Made by a program: the position numbers and the translations under genes
Assembly (NCBI GenBank): GCA_013286655.1
Contig: JABDFG010000003.1
Span: 8,906-72,905, forward strand
Origin: Bacteroidota bacterium
GTDB lineage: Bacteria; Bacteroidota; Bacteroidia; JABDFU01
DNA: 64,000 nt
Direction: 5' to 3'
The notes under the pieces: model-generated
Databases searched by the model: none
What the model was told of the DNA's origin: nothing
What the model saw: the letters and a program-made list of their open reading frames with translations, nothing else
In this document: positions 62,150-64,000 of the stretch, in pieces
How the letters are laid out: each line of letters begins with the position of its first letter
How positions within the stretch are numbered: the stretch's first letter is position 1

Positions 62150-64000
62150 TTACCGCAAGAGTGTCAGATTCCCTTTCCTGCTTATGCTTTGTCCGTTTGA
62201 CAAAGTGCCTGTTAAAGAATACGTAAAAACTGCAGTATTCATCATTTTGCCCTTGAAACTGCCATCCCATCCAGTTGCCGGGTTTATCGTTTCAAATACC
62301 AGTTCTCCCCAGCGGTCAAATATCATTAAGTGCATTTGAGGCATACACGTGGTCCCACGTACATACAACAGATCATTCTGACCGTCTCCATTGGGTGAAA
62401 AGGCTGTGGGCATAAATATGGCCGAAACATCGCAATTGATAACTGTTATCAATACGCTATCCTCCGCTGTGCAGCTATTCCCATCGGTGATCGTAACCGT
62501 ATAATTGGTCGTCTGAGTGGGAGCTGCTATAGGGTTGTAAATCGTCGGGTCATTTAAGGTCAAGGATGGACTCCATAAATAACTCGCCGCTCCACTGCTT
62601 GCCAATAACTCTACCGTCTGACCTTTGGTGATCGTCTGACCGGGACCAACGCTGATCACCGGTTCCGGCAAGGTAATTACGCTCGCTGAGGTAGTTGCCG
62701 TACAACCTGCTCCATCTGTCACCGTTACGGTATAAACACCCACATCCAAACCAGTTATCGTTGGATCCAATGTCCCATTACTCCAGTTGTAAAGCAGTGC
62801 GCCTGTTCCTCCCGTTCCGCCGGCCGTTAGCGCCCCATCCGTAGTTTTGCCAGGACAGTTATTGATGGTGCTCAGTACACTCACCGATGGGCCCGTACTG
62901 CTGATAGTGGCCGTTGTGCTGACCGTACAATTCGTTGCATCCACTACTGTCACTGTATATGTGCCGGGTAACAAATTAATAGCTGTTGCTCCACTGCTAA
63001 GGTTGCTCCAGTTATAGACATACGGTGAACCCGCACCTCCGCTTGCACTCGCCGTTGCGGAACCGTTGTTTTCTCCACACGTGGATTCCGTTGACTGGGA
63101 TGCAACCGGCAATATTGCCGTAGGCTGAGTGACATCTACGATACTCACTGCGATGCAGCCTGAAGCGTCCGTTACGCTTACCACATAGGTGCCCGCTGTC
63201 AGACCGGTAATTGTAGTCGTACCGCCGGAACCATTGCTCCAGTTATAGGTCAATGTCCCTGTACCTCCCGTTGCAAGCACGGCTGCCGAACCGTTGGCGC
63301 TTCCGTTACAGGATAAAGGCATGGATGATATCGAATTAATTGTCGGCGAAGGGTTGGTGCTAATGGCAACCAGAGCAGTTTGAGTGCAGGGGCTACCGTC
63401 ACTCACGGTGACTGTATAAGAGCCGGCAGCTTGCCCGGTAATCGTCTGACTCGTCGCGCCGGTATTCCATAGGTAAGTATACTTGCCCGTACCTCCGGTG
63501 GCTATAACACTTGCACTTCCACCACCGGCTCCGCAGCCCGCCGAAGAACTCTGCGAAGCGTTGGCAACGATTGGCGTTAAAACCGTTACCGTTGCCGTCG
63601 CTGTTGTTGTTGCACCGCATGCATCCGTTCCGGTTACTGTGTAGATAGTTGTGCTGGATGGATTCGCGATGGGGTTTTGTGCCGTAGGGGAACTAAGTCC
63701 CGCAGCAGGACTCCAGTTATAGGAAACTGCACCTATGGCGGTTAGTGTGACTGAACCTCCCGTACAAATGGAATCCCCGCCTGCTGTAGAAAGGACAGGA
63801 ATGGAAGTGGAACAGAGTATGCTGAACTTTCCGATAAACATATTTTCAGTGCCCGTGCTCGTTCCTTCGAAATGAGCTCCCGCTAAATTCATGGTTGGAT
63901 GCGAATTCACGCGATCGGCATCTCCTAATATAAACACATTCTTTCCGTCACTGAAGAGGCCGTCACATATTTCATTTTCCGTATCGTTTCCATAAAAGGT
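62150..64000 (-). CDS. paralogous giant adhesin (SprB/Ig-like repeats + type-B T9SS C-terminal domain), 5' end beyond the window
   Basis: The frame stays open to nt 64000 (TFYGNDTENEICDGLFSDGKNVFILGDAD...). The GTG at 63937 in the ORF track is internal. C-terminal FMPTAFSPNGDGQNDLLYVRG...IFDRWGELVF. Confidence 0.8.
   Translation of the reverse strand, partial: TFYGNDTENEICDGLFSDGKNVFILGDADRVNSHPTMNLAGAHFEGTSTGTENMFIGKFSILCSTSIPVLSTAGGDSICTGGSVTLTAIGAVSYNWSPAAGLSSPTAQNPIANPSSTTIYTVTGTDACGATTTATATVTVLTPIVANASQSSSAGCGAGGGSASVIATGGTGKYTYLWNTGATSQTITGQAAGSYTVTVSDGSPCTQTALVAISTNPSPTINSISSMPLSCNGSANGSAAVLATGGTGTLTYNWSNGSGGTTTITGLTAGTYVVSVTDASGCIAVSIVDVTQPTAILPVASQSTESTCGENNGSATASASGGAGSPYVYNWSNLSSGATAINLLPGTYTVTVVDATNCTVSTTATISSTGPSVSVLSTINNCPGKTTDGALTAGGTGGTGALLYNWSNGTLDPTITGLDVGVYTVTVTDGAGCTATTSASVITLPEPVISVGPGQTITKGQTVELLASSGAASYLWSPSLTLNDPTIYNPIAAPTQTTNYTVTITDGNSCTAEDSVLITVINCDVSAIFMPTAFSPNGDGQNDLLYVRGTTCMPQMHLMIFDRWGELVFETINPATGWDGSFKGKMMNTAVFTYSLTGTLSNGQSISRKGNLTLLR

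Noticed and set aside
62082-62270. N-terminal 63-codon extension of the adhesin ORF (MGWQFQGQNDEYCSF...).
   Set aside because: It overlaps the 3' end of the upstream paralog by 121 nt and precedes the only signal-peptide-like segment. TTG 62081 (or ATG 61994) is a more sensible start.
1-64000. Searched by eye for rRNA, tRNA (GGTTCGAATCC-like T-arms), CRISPR-like spaced direct repeats, transposase/integrase/recombinase ORFs, reverse transcriptases and phage structural genes.
   Set aside because: None found. The only regular repeat arrays are in-frame coding repeats (63-bp and 87-bp periods) and the short heptamer tracts. The window looks like core chromosome, not an island.

Overview
The window looks like an ordinary chromosomal segment of a Bacteroidota genome. 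Support: many T9SS type-A (Por_Secre_tail-like) and type-B (CHU_C/gliding) C-terminal sorting domains, SprB/SBBP adhesin repeats, TAnnTTTG -7 boxes, weak or absent SD sequences, and a visibly AT-rich composition. I found no rRNA, tRNA, CRISPR array, transposase, integrase or phage gene. About 60 CDS are supportable. Housekeeping genes: hemD (5'-truncated)-rnpA-yidD, an S41 peptidase, an O-antigen-ligase/GT9/GT2 LPS cluster, meaB, aspS and tadA. Other genes: a divergent mntH / DtxR-MntR locus, a TolC-RND-MFP efflux operon, small redox/stress enzymes (2 SDRs, Zn-ADH, Bcp, pirin, VOC, FMN reductase, an AAC(3)-I-like GNAT), six T9SS cargo proteins, and a decayed ParE toxin-antitoxin pair. The most unusual content is signalling. 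(i) A five-gene minus-strand operon (13688-22907) encodes REC -> CheB-CheR-PAS-kinase -> a kinase whose only N-terminal region is 11 tandem 21-aa coiled-coil repeats -> REC -> REC-PAS-GAF-PAS-PP2C. No MCP, CheA or CheW is in the window. (ii) A second locus (40000-42616) has three tandem REC-only paralogs feeding a second repeat-array kinase built on a different kinase core. Other notable items: a stop-less in-frame junction between a cytoplasmic MntR-like repressor and a secreted NHL/T9SS protein; perfect palindromes next to Bacteroidota-type promoters; a tightly coupled four-gene secreted-protein operon ending in a tri-modular LRR protein; heptanucleotide repeat tracts (one intergenic, one inside a giant adhesin gene); polycationic tails on two enzymes; and unannotated mini-ORFs (His-rich lipopeptides, an Arc-like repressor, a two-helix membrane peptide). 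All functional calls come from motif recognition by eye. No database search was run.
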